Shown here in pieces: positions 16,685-25,109 of a stretch of DNA of 36,778 nt; positions within the stretch are counted from its first letter, which is position 1, and every line of letters starts with the position of its first letter. The stretch spans positions 1-36,778 of IMG/VR virus record IMGVR_UViG_3300045988_162097; one strand, written 5' to 3'. The translations under genes were made by a program, and so were the position numbers. Source of the DNA: a virus. The notes under the pieces are model-generated. The model was given only the letters and a program-made list of their open reading frames with translations, was not told the origin of the DNA and searched no databases.

Positions 16685-16825
16685 ATGATTAAATATTTAA
16701 AAAGGTTTTTATGCATCTTTTGGTACGGGAACCATCAAGCGAAGTTGGAGTTTGGTTTGAATAATGAGGGTCAGATTCGTTTGGTTTTTCGCTGCGCTAG
16801 GTGCGGTAAAATAATAATAAAGTAA
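16685..16825 (+). CDS. Small Cys-containing (zinc-ribbon-like) peptide, 46 aa
   Basis: SD AAGGAG. Motif C-x…CARCGK near the C-terminus. The track ORF begins earlier, at 16634. Confidence 0.4.
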   Translation: MIKYLKRFLCIFWYGNHQAKLEFGLNNEGQIRLVFRCARCGKIIIK

Positions 16826-16837
16826 GGAGGAGCTCGC

Positions 16838-17077
16838 ATGGCGCTTGTTGTTTACTCGAGAAATAATTGCCCCCAGTGTACATTCACAAAGGAGTTTCTT
16901 GAAAAGCATAATATTCCATTTGAATCGGTCAATGTGGAAGTTCAGAACGGCGCATTGGAAATCTTACGGCATTACGGCTGGCAAACTCTGCCAGTCGTAT
17001 CGATTGACGATGAACTGTCTGACCAAACGAAGACCTGGTTCGGTTTTAGACCAGACCGATTAGAATCATTATTGTAG
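16838..17077 (+). CDS. nrdH: NrdH-like glutaredoxin (thioredoxin-fold redoxin)
   Basis: 79 aa with N-terminal CPQC redox motif and an NrdH-like pattern (VVYSRNNCPQC…ESVNVE…WQTLPVV). SD AAGGAGG. Confidence 0.75.
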   Translation: MALVVYSRNNCPQCTFTKEFLEKHNIPFESVNVEVQNGALEILRHYGWQTLPVVSIDDELSDQTKTWFGFRPDRLESLL

Positions 17078-17088
17078 GAGGTTAGATT

Positions 17089-17487
17089 TTGCGTTATAAA
17101 AAAATAGCCGAGCAACGGCTGCGTGATTATCCAAATTATGACCGGGAAATAGCTGCGCATCGGTTGAGCTGGTTATGGCATGACCCGGATTGTAATGCTT
17201 GGATTAAGGGCAAGGGCTCGAACTCGAAAGCTATCGAGAACGAAATGTTAAAAGTCGAATCTTCTCGCTATATTCAGAATCGCCTATTTTGGCAGCAGTG
17301 CGTGAATGAAGTATTGGAAGAGCTCGACCCGAAGCAGCGCCAGTATGTGTCCGAGTATTACTTTGAAAATGTATACGATTATCGCTCTCTAGCTAAGAAG
17401 CATCTTACAAATAAAAATGTCATCATGAGAGCGTGTGATAGAGCATGCATGCTGTTGCTTGAAAAATTAGGCGAAAATGTGGGCTAA
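17089..17487 (+). CDS. ArpU/RinA-family phage late-gene transcriptional activator
   Basis: 132 aa, positioned just before the packaging module. Sigma-70 region-4-like C-terminus. TTG start after AGGAGG. Confidence 0.65.
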   Translation: MRYKKIAEQRLRDYPNYDREIAAHRLSWLWHDPDCNAWIKGKGSNSKAIENEMLKVESSRYIQNRLFWQQCVNEVLEELDPKQRQYVSEYYFENVYDYRSLAKKHLTNKNVIMRACDRACMLLLEKLGENVG

Positions 17488-17495
17488 TTTTAAAA

Positions 17496-17528
17496 AGGGA
17501 CAGGAATGGGTTGTTGTCCCAGCTTTTA
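17496..17528 (+). terminator. Terminator-like hairpin after the ArpU gene
   Basis: Stem GGGACA/TGTCCC (17498-17503 and 17515-17520), followed by AGCTTTT. Confidence 0.5.
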
Positions 17529-17606
17529 TGTGATATATTGCTAATGTGGAAAGTTGCGAAAGCGTACTTCCTGCATGATGTCATAGGTTTGACACTCCTA
17601 CAGTTT

Positions 17607-17634
17607 CGGGAGCTTTGGTGCAGCTCCCGTTTAT
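17607..17634 (+). terminator. Perfect 8-bp hairpin CGGGAGCT-ttggtgc-AGCTCCCG followed by TTTAT. Terminator or attenuator
   Basis: Seen directly. No coding context. Confidence 0.4.
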
Positions 17635-17799
17635 GCCCTTAACTGGTACAACGTGGATTTTCTTTTTTCCTTTGTTAATCCTTTGCCCAGGTTTTATTTT
17701 TGCCACGTTGAGCCGTTCGATTCGGCTATGGGGCTTTTCAAGGCATCTATCCTTGGTGCAATATCATTTTTAACAAAAACTAAAAAAGAAAGGAGCCCG

Positions 17800-17826
17800 G
17801 AGCGATTTTATATCGCTCTTTTTTTG
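17800..17826 (+). terminator. Hairpin GAGCGA-ttttata-TCGCTC plus a T7-8 run, 22 nt before the methyltransferase ATG
   Basis: Classic intrinsic terminator shape. Preceded by an orphan SD-like AAAGGAGC. Confidence 0.5.
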
Positions 17827-17847
17827 CGGCTCAGATAGGTAAAAATA

Positions 17848-19116
17848 ATGCAAATAGAAAAAATAAAAATCGCCGATTTATTGGAATATAAAAACAATGC
17901 AAAAGAGCACCCTCAGTGGCAAATCGACCAAATCGTCGAGTCAATCGAAAAATTCGGATTTAATGACCCGATTGCTATCGATGAAAACAATACAATCATC
18001 GAAGGGCACGGTCGTCTTTATGCGCTGCAAGAAATGGGTGCGGATGAAGTGGAATGTATCCGTCTATCGCACCTAAGCGAAAATAAAAAAAAAGCATACA
18101 TACTCGCTCATAATAAGCTGACTATGAATACCGATTTTGATTCGGACCTGCTCGCTCAGGAGCTGGGCGAAATCGAAGGCATCGACATGAGCTCGTTTGG
18201 TTTCTTGTTGGACCCTATTATTGAAGTAGTTGAGGACGACTTTGACGATGAATCGGTTATCGAGCAGCCGGAGCCGATTGCAAAGCTAGGCGATGTGTAT
18301 CAGCTCGGGGAGCACTTCCTTATGTGTGGGGACAGCACTGATTTCATCGCTGTAAAAAAATTATGTGGTGATGCTCTTATGGACCTACTTGTTACGGACC
18401 CACCTTACAATGTGGCCTACGAAGGAAAAACCGAGGACGCTCTTACGATTGAGAATGACAACATGGACGATGCGAAATTCCGGGAATTCTTAAAAGCTGC
18501 TTTTGCGTGTGCCGATGGCGTTATGCGCCCAGGCGCTGCCTTTTATATTTGGCATGCCGATTCAGAAGGATTTAACTTCCGTGGTGCCTGCCGTGATATT
18601 GGTTGGACTGTTAGACAATGTCTGATATGGAATAAGAACCAAATGGTCCTAGGCCGTCAGGATTACCAGTGGAAGCATGAGCCGTGTCTATACGGGTGGA
18701 AGGATGGAGCAGCTCATTATTTTGTTGATGACCGGAACCTGCTCACGGTCCTAGAAGAAGAATCAGAATTAAAGAAAATGTCAAAAGCGGAGCTCATTAA
18801 TTATATTTTGGAATTTCAGGAGTCTACTGCGACCACTGTGATTAATGAAGTGAAGCCTAGCCGTAATGGTCTACACCCTACGATGAAGCCGCTACGCCTA
18901 ATCGAGCGCCTGGTGCGTAACTCTAGTAAAAAAGGCGAGAATGTGTTAGACCTATTCAATGGCATCGGGTCCACTCTTATGGTCTGCGAGCAATTGGGCC
19001 GCCGGTATTTTGGTATGGAACTCGACCCTCGTTATGTGGATGCTACCATCGAGCGCTGGGAAGAATTCACGGGTAAAAAAGCAGTGAAGATATCTTCAAA
19101 CAATCAAGATAATTAA
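17848..19116 (+). CDS. ParB-like nuclease domain fused to a beta-class N6-adenine/N4-cytosine DNA methyltransferase (orphan methylase, likely anti-restriction)
   Basis: N-terminal ParB-N-like region (…IEGHGRLYAL…). Motif IV DPPYN (LVTDPPYNVAYEG) precedes the SAM-binding motif I (LDLFNGIGST). That motif order is the beta class. Confidence 0.85.
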   Translation: MQIEKIKIADLLEYKNNAKEHPQWQIDQIVESIEKFGFNDPIAIDENNTIIEGHGRLYALQEMGADEVECIRLSHLSENKKKAYILAHNKLTMNTDFDSDLLAQELGEIEGIDMSSFGFLLDPIIEVVEDDFDDESVIEQPEPIAKLGDVYQLGEHFLMCGDSTDFIAVKKLCGDALMDLLVTDPPYNVAYEGKTEDALTIENDNMDDAKFREFLKAAFACADGVMRPGAAFYIWHADSEGFNFRGACRDIGWTVRQCLIWNKNQMVLGRQDYQWKHEPCLYGWKDGAAHYFVDDRNLLTVLEEESELKKMSKAELINYILEFQESTATTVINEVKPSRNGLHPTMKPLRLIERLVRNSSKKGENVLDLFNGIGSTLMVCEQLGRRYFGMELDPRYVDATIERWEEFTGKKAVKISSNNQDN

Positions 19117-19995
19117 TAGCAGGTTTCGTTTGTGAATGGTTATTTTTTCAAGGATTATAACAGCAAAAACATTCAGTAAAGAGAACGTTTCAAGGGTTAT
19201 AAACCTTGATTTTACGCCATTTTCGGGCGTTTATAAACGTGAAGAGAGTTAGTGCAGAGTGTGAAAAGAGTTTATATGAAGAGTTGGCTTGTGAATAAAT
19301 TTATCGTTTTTCGCAAAGGTCAAAAGTTTTGAAAAGGTCGAAAAATTTTTAAACACAAAACATTTCATTTTTTCACGGTTTTTCGAGATTTCTTTGTGAA
19401 TCGTTGTGAACTTACTTTTTGAGCCTTTATAAACACTTTTTTTACGAGATTTAAGGGATTGAAAACCTTGATTTTATGCGTTTTTTAGACTCTTGATAAC
19501 GTTAAATATTTCAACAACGTTTTTTGAAGAGACGTTTTTCATTTTCGTTTGTGAAAAAATCGCATTTAAACGGGAAAAAGTTGCCAAGACTTTTTTTGAC
19601 AACATAACAGCATTTAAAAACCTTGATTTGGCGCCATTTCTAGGTGGTGCATTTTCGCAAGGTTTTACAAGAAACAGAGCAAGAAAAGTTATAAAGTTTA
19701 TTTTTATGTTTATTGTGAAAAAATCTCATTCTTTTGTTAAAAAAGGGCATGAGAGAAATATTTTAAAACAATCAGTTTTTGCCTTTGTGCATTTTTGGTG
19801 CTATCACGATCTAAAATCGCAAAGGTTTTTTACAAGATTTTAAAACCCTATAACGGCGCCTTTTGTCGGGTGTCGTTTTTTAGTTTTTACCGCATGAGAG
19901 TTCCCAAGAGTTTGGGCGTCCTTTTCCTTTGTGAAAAATCAGCGGTAAAATAATCATAAAGACAAAAGACTAGCAAAAAAAGGAAGTGAGGCGGT
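19117..19995. repeat. 870-bp AT-rich non-coding region packed with dispersed or tandemly diverged repeats (AAACCTTGATTT x3; TTTGTGAA[A/T] x6 or more; TTATAAAC x3; GCGCC-ATTT-..GGGTG x3; TCGCAAAGGT x3). Candidate pac/terminase recognition region, late regulatory region or ncRNA locus
   Basis: Seen directly. It is the only large gap in an otherwise compact genome and lies immediately upstream of terS. The only ORF here (19493-19843) is a Phe-rich, low-complexity product of T-rich sequence and has no RBS. Confidence 0.6.
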
Positions 19996-20439
19996 TTGGC
20001 TAGTGGTAACGAAAAAAATTTAATACCAAACTCCCAGCGAACTCCTGAGGAATTGCGAGAAATGACTCGCAAGGGTGGCATTGCTAGTGGTAAGGCAAGG
20101 CGCAAAAAAGCCGATTTAAAAAAGGCCATGCAGACCTTGCTGTCGATGAATGTTCAGAGTGATAAGTCGCGTGCATTGTTGGAGACGATGGGGCTGGAGC
20201 CCACGAATGAGATGCTGCTCGCTGTGACTACGTTCCAGCAAGCGGTTAAGGGTAACCAGCGTGCGATGGAGAATGTTATGAAGCTGTCTACTACTGAAAA
20301 AGATAAGCATGATGTAGCTGAGCAAAAAGAACGCATCAAGGCAGCTAAAATGAAAAATCAGCAGCTGGCTGAGAATGGTGGCCGTGAGGCTGTGATAGAG
20401 ACGGTGGTGTTTATGAATGAAGCGAACATACCAGATTGA
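19996..20439 (+). CDS. Terminase small subunit
   Basis: 147 aa directly upstream of and overlapping terL. N-terminal HTH-like, basic region. TTG start after AAGGAAGTGAGG. Confidence 0.7.
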   Translation: MASGNEKNLIPNSQRTPEELREMTRKGGIASGKARRKKADLKKAMQTLLSMNVQSDKSRALLETMGLEPTNEMLLAVTTFQQAVKGNQRAMENVMKLSTTEKDKHDVAEQKERIKAAKMKNQQLAENGGREAVIETVVFMNEANIPD

Positions 20440-21697
20440 CCTGCCGGCTATGGTCGGGGCTGGTTACGGGGCCTTCTGGCGCTCTCAAAATTTTTATAGG
20501 GTCGTAAAAGGCTCCCGTGGTTCGAAGAAGTCAAAAACGACCGCTCTGAATTTTATTATCCGTTTATTAAAGCATCCATGGTCGAACCTGTTGGTGATAC
20601 GGCGGTATTCGAATACAAATAGACAATCCACTTTTACTGATTTCAAGTGGGCCGCTAATCGGTTAAAGGTCACGCACTTGTTTAAATTTAACGAGTCGCT
20701 GCCTGAGATTACTGTTCGGGCTACTGGTCAGAAGATTCTGTTCCGGGGTCTTGATGATGACTTAAAAATCACATCCATTACTGTGGATGTCGGGGTCCTG
20801 TGCTGGGCCTGGTTTGAGGAAGCGTACCAAATAGAAAATGAAGAAAAATTCAGCACTGTTGTTGAATCCATCCGTGGGTCGTATGACGCTCCGGACTTTT
20901 TCAAACAAATCACTGTTACGTTTAACCCTTGGAACGAGCGCCACTGGTTGAAGTCTGCATTCTTCGACCCGGAGACGAGCCGGTCGGACACGCTGGCTAT
21001 GACCACGACCTTTAGGTGTAATGAGTGGTTAGATGATGTCGATATTCAGCGTTATATGGATTTATACGAAACTAACCCACGGCGTGCTCGTATAGTGTGC
21101 GATGGAGAGTGGGGTGTTGCGGAAGGTCTTATTTATGAGAATGTGAAAATCCGGGACTTTGATGTAGCGGAACTAGCTAAGGATAAGAACTACCAGTTAG
21201 CAGTGGGGCTCGACTTCGGGTTTATCCATGACCCCACTGCGCTATGTGTCAGCTATATCAATGAATCGAAAAAAGAAATTTATATCTTTGATGAATTCTA
21301 CGAGAAAGGGCTGGTCACTCGTCAAGTGGCGGATATGCTGCAGAAAAAAGGTTATGCTAAATCACCAATCATAGCCGATAGTGCTGAGGCGCGACTTATC
21401 CATGAATTAAAAAACGAGCATAGCATTATCCGTATTAAGCCGAGTCGTAAGGGTCGGGACAGCGTAAAAGCTGGGATATCTAAATTACAGGGTTATAAAA
21501 TTTACGTGCATCCTAAGTGCACCCATATCATGGATGAGTTTTACAGTTATTGTTATGTTAAGGACAAGGATGGCAAGTGGACCAATGAGCCGGAAGATGC
21601 GAACAACCACTTGATGGATGCGTTGCGTTACAGCTTGCAAGTCATCGAAGTTCAGAAAGTTAAAGTACTAAGCAAAGAAAGGATGGGATTCTATTGA
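20417..21697 (+). CDS. Terminase large subunit, PBSX/XtmB (Terminase_3) family, headful type
   Basis: N-terminal ATPase signature FYRVVKGSRGSKKSKT and C-terminal nuclease region. Overlaps terS by 23 nt. Confidence 0.85.
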   Translation: MKRTYQIDLPAMVGAGYGAFWRSQNFYRVVKGSRGSKKSKTTALNFIIRLLKHPWSNLLVIRRYSNTNRQSTFTDFKWAANRLKVTHLFKFNESLPEITVRATGQKILFRGLDDDLKITSITVDVGVLCWAWFEEAYQIENEEKFSTVVESIRGSYDAPDFFKQITVTFNPWNERHWLKSAFFDPETSRSDTLAMTTTFRCNEWLDDVDIQRYMDLYETNPRRARIVCDGEWGVAEGLIYENVKIRDFDVAELAKDKNYQLAVGLDFGFIHDPTALCVSYINESKKEIYIFDEFYEKGLVTRQVADMLQKKGYAKSPIIADSAEARLIHELKNEHSIIRIKPSRKGRDSVKAGISKLQGYKIYVHPKCTHIMDEFYSYCYVKDKDGKWTNEPEDANNHLMDALRYSLQVIEVQKVKVLSKERMGFY

Positions 21698-23082
21698 TGT
21701 ATACTTACCCACGAGAAGGGTACGATGAGCACTCGTTGAATCGTGGAGCCATTGCGGCTCTGATATTAAAGCATCGCTCTGAAGCGATGAGCCTGCGTAA
21801 GAATTTAGATTATTATTTAGCAAAGCAAAAAGAGGACCTGGTCAGTAATCATGCAAAGGATATCTCGGACACGGCCACTGGTTACTTTTTGGGTAATGCT
21901 ATCACTTATAAAAATACAGGAAAGGTGGACATCGACCCGTTGCTCGAAGCGTTCGATGCTGCAGAGGTAGATGAGAATGACCATGATAATGCGTTCGATA
22001 TGTCCATCTTCGGTGTGGCTTATGAGTATATTTATGCCAAGGAAGGCGAAAGCGAGCTTGATATAAAATCGCTTGAACCAACTAATACATTTATTGTTTA
22101 TGATGATTCGATTGAGCAAAAGCCGCTTTTTGCTGTTTATTATTACGAGCGTACTAACTCGAAAAATGACACGACTGTGTATCATGCGGATGTGTTTACT
22201 GAGAATTTGCATTACTCATTCTTATTAGGGATGAGCGGCACGGTCCTTGCAAATGACACGGTCACTCGAGTGGAGCCCCATTATATGGGTGAGATTCCGG
22301 TCATTGAGTATCAGAATAATAAATTTAAAATCGGGGACTTTGAGCAACAAATCAATCTGATTGATGCATATAATAAATTGAGCATTACTCGCTTGAAGGA
22401 TAAGGAGCAATTCGTGGATGCTATTTTGCTAATCTATGGCAGCCAGTTTGCGGATACTCCTAAGGAGATGGAGGAGTTTGCTAAAGTCTTAAAAGAGCAG
22501 CGTATGCTTGAATTGCCGAACGATGCGAAAGCGGAATATCTAATTCGCACTCTTGATGAAGCTGGTGTCGAAATCCTGCGAAAAGCTCTGAAGGATGACA
22601 TCTATACATTCAGCCATGTTCCGAACCTATCGGATGAAAATTTCGCCGGTAATACATCGGGTGTAGCTATGGAATATAAAATTCTTGGATTGGCTATGAT
22701 TACCAAAACCAAGGAGCGCTACTACAAGAAAGGGCTGCGCAAGCGCATCAGAATTTTCTGCCATCGATTGGGTCTGAACTCGATTTCTATGGAAGCGAAA
22801 AGTATTGTGCCGCAGTTCAGCCGTGGCTTACCTAAGAACTTACTTGAACTTTCACAAATCGTGGCGAACCTTGACGGTCGCGTTACGAGTGAGACTGCGT
22901 TGGGATTACTGCCGTTCGTTGAGGACCCAGCTGCTGAAGTGGAAAAACTCAAAGAAGAAAAGCAAGAAGCGCAGGAGCGTGAACGCTCGTTCTTTGCAAA
23001 TACTTCGATAGAAACTGATGATAATTATGTATCGGGAAAAGCGGAGGAACGATTCGGGGGCGAGGTAGATGAAGCCGAATAG
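21697..23082 (+). CDS. Portal protein (SPP1 gp6-like)
   Basis: ~460 aa directly after terL (stop/start overlap TGATG). SPP1-portal-like sequence character. Confidence 0.8.
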   Translation: MYTYPREGYDEHSLNRGAIAALILKHRSEAMSLRKNLDYYLAKQKEDLVSNHAKDISDTATGYFLGNAITYKNTGKVDIDPLLEAFDAAEVDENDHDNAFDMSIFGVAYEYIYAKEGESELDIKSLEPTNTFIVYDDSIEQKPLFAVYYYERTNSKNDTTVYHADVFTENLHYSFLLGMSGTVLANDTVTRVEPHYMGEIPVIEYQNNKFKIGDFEQQINLIDAYNKLSITRLKDKEQFVDAILLIYGSQFADTPKEMEEFAKVLKEQRMLELPNDAKAEYLIRTLDEAGVEILRKALKDDIYTFSHVPNLSDENFAGNTSGVAMEYKILGLAMITKTKERYYKKGLRKRIRIFCHRLGLNSISMEAKSIVPQFSRGLPKNLLELSQIVANLDGRVTSETALGLLPFVEDPAAEVEKLKEEKQEAQERERSFFANTSIETDDNYVSGKAEERFGGEVDEAE

Positions 23083-24064
23083 TGACCTATGGATTCATGA
23101 GAAGGCTCGTTTCATGGTCGGGCAGATGGCTAAGGCTGAGGATACGGCTGCAATCATGAACCAGGGCTACTACCTAGCGCAGAAGCGGTTGGAGCAAGAA
23201 GCGGATAAAATATTCGCTCGATTCCAGTCAGCTTATGGCCTTACTGAAGACGAAGCTCGGGATATTTTATCACGATCGGGATTAGACATAGATGCTGCAC
23301 TACGGGCATTATCGGCCAGCGAGAAGGATGGGCGTAATATTTTGGCCGAGTTGAATGGTCCGGCTTACGCTCACAGGATTCAAGCGCTGCGTGAGTCGAG
23401 TGTGGAAATTGACCGGCTCATGGAGCAATTAATTAAGCGTGACCGTAAGCTGCTTACTAATCACTTGAAACGGTCCGCTAAGGATGCATATCTGCACAGC
23501 GTGTATCTAACCCAGCAGCAAGCTGGCGTATCATTTAAATTTAAGGACTACGACCCCGAGCGTGTGGACCAGCTACTCCGAGTCAAATGGTCCAAGAAGC
23601 ACTTCAAGGATGCTATCGGGGATAATATCCACGGGCTAGGCGCTGCCATTAAGGAGGAGTTCCTGGTTAATTATTTAACTGGCCGGTCCTCTGAAGCTGC
23701 TGCGGATAGTATCGCTCAACGATTCAATTTTAGTAATTATCAAGCCAGACGCTTGGTCCGGACTGAAAGTACGTATATAGAAGCCGAGATGGAAGCCCAA
23801 GGGTACGAAGCATGCCATATCGATAAATATGAATATGTTTCAATCCTGGATAATAGCACATCGGAGCTATGCCGGGAGCATGATGGTAAAATTTACAAAG
23901 TATCAGAGCGGAAGCCTGGTGTGAACTTTCCGCCACTTCATGTGTGGTGCCGGTCCACGACCATTGCGCATATTCCGGATGATTACCTGGAGCAGGCTCC
24001 TGCTGGAGCTGTGGCCCGGTCCGGTCAGCGTGTGTCGTTTAATGATTGGAAAAAAGAATTTTAA
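23069..24064 (+). CDS. Head morphogenesis protein (SPP1 gp7 / Mu F-like)
   Basis: 331 aa following the portal. Mu-F-like C-terminal region. Confidence 0.7.
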   Translation: MKPNSDLWIHEKARFMVGQMAKAEDTAAIMNQGYYLAQKRLEQEADKIFARFQSAYGLTEDEARDILSRSGLDIDAALRALSASEKDGRNILAELNGPAYAHRIQALRESSVEIDRLMEQLIKRDRKLLTNHLKRSAKDAYLHSVYLTQQQAGVSFKFKDYDPERVDQLLRVKWSKKHFKDAIGDNIHGLGAAIKEEFLVNYLTGRSSEAAADSIAQRFNFSNYQARRLVRTESTYIEAEMEAQGYEACHIDKYEYVSILDNSTSELCREHDGKIYKVSERKPGVNFPPLHVWCRSTTIAHIPDDYLEQAPAGAVARSGQRVSFNDWKKEF

Positions 24065-24082
24065 AAAAGTTGATGATAAGTG

Positions 24083-24111
24083 TTGCAATCCACCCCATTC
24101 AGAATTACTAT
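24083..24111 (+). promoter_or_regulatory. Internal sigma-A-like promoter: -35 TTGCAA, 17-nt spacer, -10 TACTAT
   Basis: Seen directly in the 100-nt gap after the head morphogenesis gene. Confidence 0.4.
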
Positions 24112-24163
24112 ATACATGTAAAGGAAAACCTTACAAAAAAGTAAACCAAAAGGGTAATGAAAA

Positions 24164-24376
24164 ATGACTACACTAAATCTTGAAGGACTAAATAAAAAAC
24201 AAATCTTTAAAAAAGCGTTTAAAGCTAAAATGGATAAACTAGCCGCTCGCTACGAAAAAGAACCGGAGTTGAAATTATACGATGAAGGAAAAATCACTTA
24301 TACTGAATATGTAAAACGCGCCGTTGCCCGTGAAAAAGCTGAGGGCAAAGATGATGTATGGTGGTTTGAAGGCTAG
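24164..24376 (+). CDS. Hypothetical small Lys/Glu-rich protein (70 aa). Moron-like insert in the head module
   Basis: SD AAGGGTAATG. Lower GC than neighbours. Flanked by a promoter-like site and a terminator-like hairpin. Confidence 0.5.
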   Translation: MTTLNLEGLNKKQIFKKAFKAKMDKLAARYEKEPELKLYDEGKITYTEYVKRAVAREKAEGKDDVWWFEG

Positions 24377-24402
24377 TAATTAAAAAGTTGAATTAATGAA
24401 GC

Positions 24403-24430
24403 TGGTTGCTTAGGCAGCCGGCTTTTTAAT
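24403..24430 (+). terminator. Terminator-like hairpin (8-bp stem CTGGTTGC/GCAGCCGG with 2 G-U pairs, TTAG loop) plus CTTTTT
   Basis: Seen directly downstream of the 70-aa gene, before the scaffold gene. Confidence 0.45.
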
Positions 24431-24506
24431 TTGCCCAGGCTTGGAAGGCATTAAAAGCTAAGGATTACATAGTCGGGGACGACTTAAAAAATAGGAGGTT
24501 TTCATT

Positions 24507-25103
24507 ATGGAAAACGAAGAAAAAAATACAAATGTCAACCTGGATAACCCAGCAGCGCATAAGGAACCTGCAGAACCAAAAGCGCCCGAAGTGAACCTGG
24601 ATGACGAAAAAAAATACACTGATGCGGATGTCAATGCCATCATTGATAAAAAGTTCGCTAAGTGGAAGCAAGACCTCGAGCGCAAAGAAACCGAAGCTAA
24701 AAAATTGGCGAAAATGAACGCCGATGAAAAAGCGAAGTATGAGCGTGAAAAAGCTGAGCGTGAATTGGCCGACCGTGAAGCTGCAATCACTAGACGTGAG
24801 CTTGCTGCCACTGCTAAGGAGACATTAACCGAGAAAGGGCTACTGTCTGATTTAGCCAGTGTGTTAGATTATACGGATGCGGAATCGTGCCAGGCATCAA
24901 TTGCTGCGGTCGAGAAAGCATTCAGCGCTGCTGTCAATAAGGCAGTAGAAAGTAAACTAAAGGGTGGCGCCCCTATTCCAAAAGCGCCGGAAGCTGGTGG
25001 GGTATCTCATGAGCAATTCTTACGAATGACAGCTAATGAGCGCATTGCTTTGAAAATGTCTGACCCCGAATTATATGAATCTTTAAAATCGAAAGGAAGA
25101 TAA
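24507..25103 (+). CDS. Scaffolding protein
   Basis: 198 aa, highly charged (E/K-rich) with a predicted coiled coil. Immediately upstream of the major capsid gene. Confidence 0.7.
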   Translation: MENEEKNTNVNLDNPAAHKEPAEPKAPEVNLDDEKKYTDADVNAIIDKKFAKWKQDLERKETEAKKLAKMNADEKAKYEREKAERELADREAAITRRELAATAKETLTEKGLLSDLASVLDYTDAESCQASIAAVEKAFSAAVNKAVESKLKGGAPIPKAPEAGGVSHEQFLRMTANERIALKMSDPELYESLKSKGR

Positions 25104-25109
25104 AAAATT

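Noticed and set aside
17700-17745. tRNA-like T-arm (AGCCG-TTCGATT-CGGCT)
   Set aside because: No acceptor stem partner or anticodon arm can be folded at the correct spacing. Probably a coincidental hairpin.
17653-17838. 61-aa + strand ORF (GTG start) in the ArpU-methylase gap
   Set aside because: No SD. Spans three hairpin/terminator elements. More consistent with structured non-coding RNA/DNA than with a peptide.
19493-19843. 116-aa + strand ORF inside the repeat island
   Set aside because: Phe/Lys-rich low-complexity translation of T-rich DNA. No RBS. It overlaps the repeat motifs and is most likely non-coding.
19117-19995. Possible CRISPR array
   Set aside because: Repeats are short (8-12 nt), irregularly spaced and of several different families. 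No regular repeat-spacer periodicity of 28-37 nt.
24458-24811. 117-aa Ser/Ala/Phe-rich minus-strand ORF
   Set aside because: Antisense to the charged scaffold gene (GAA/AAA codons read as TTC/TTT). No start context.
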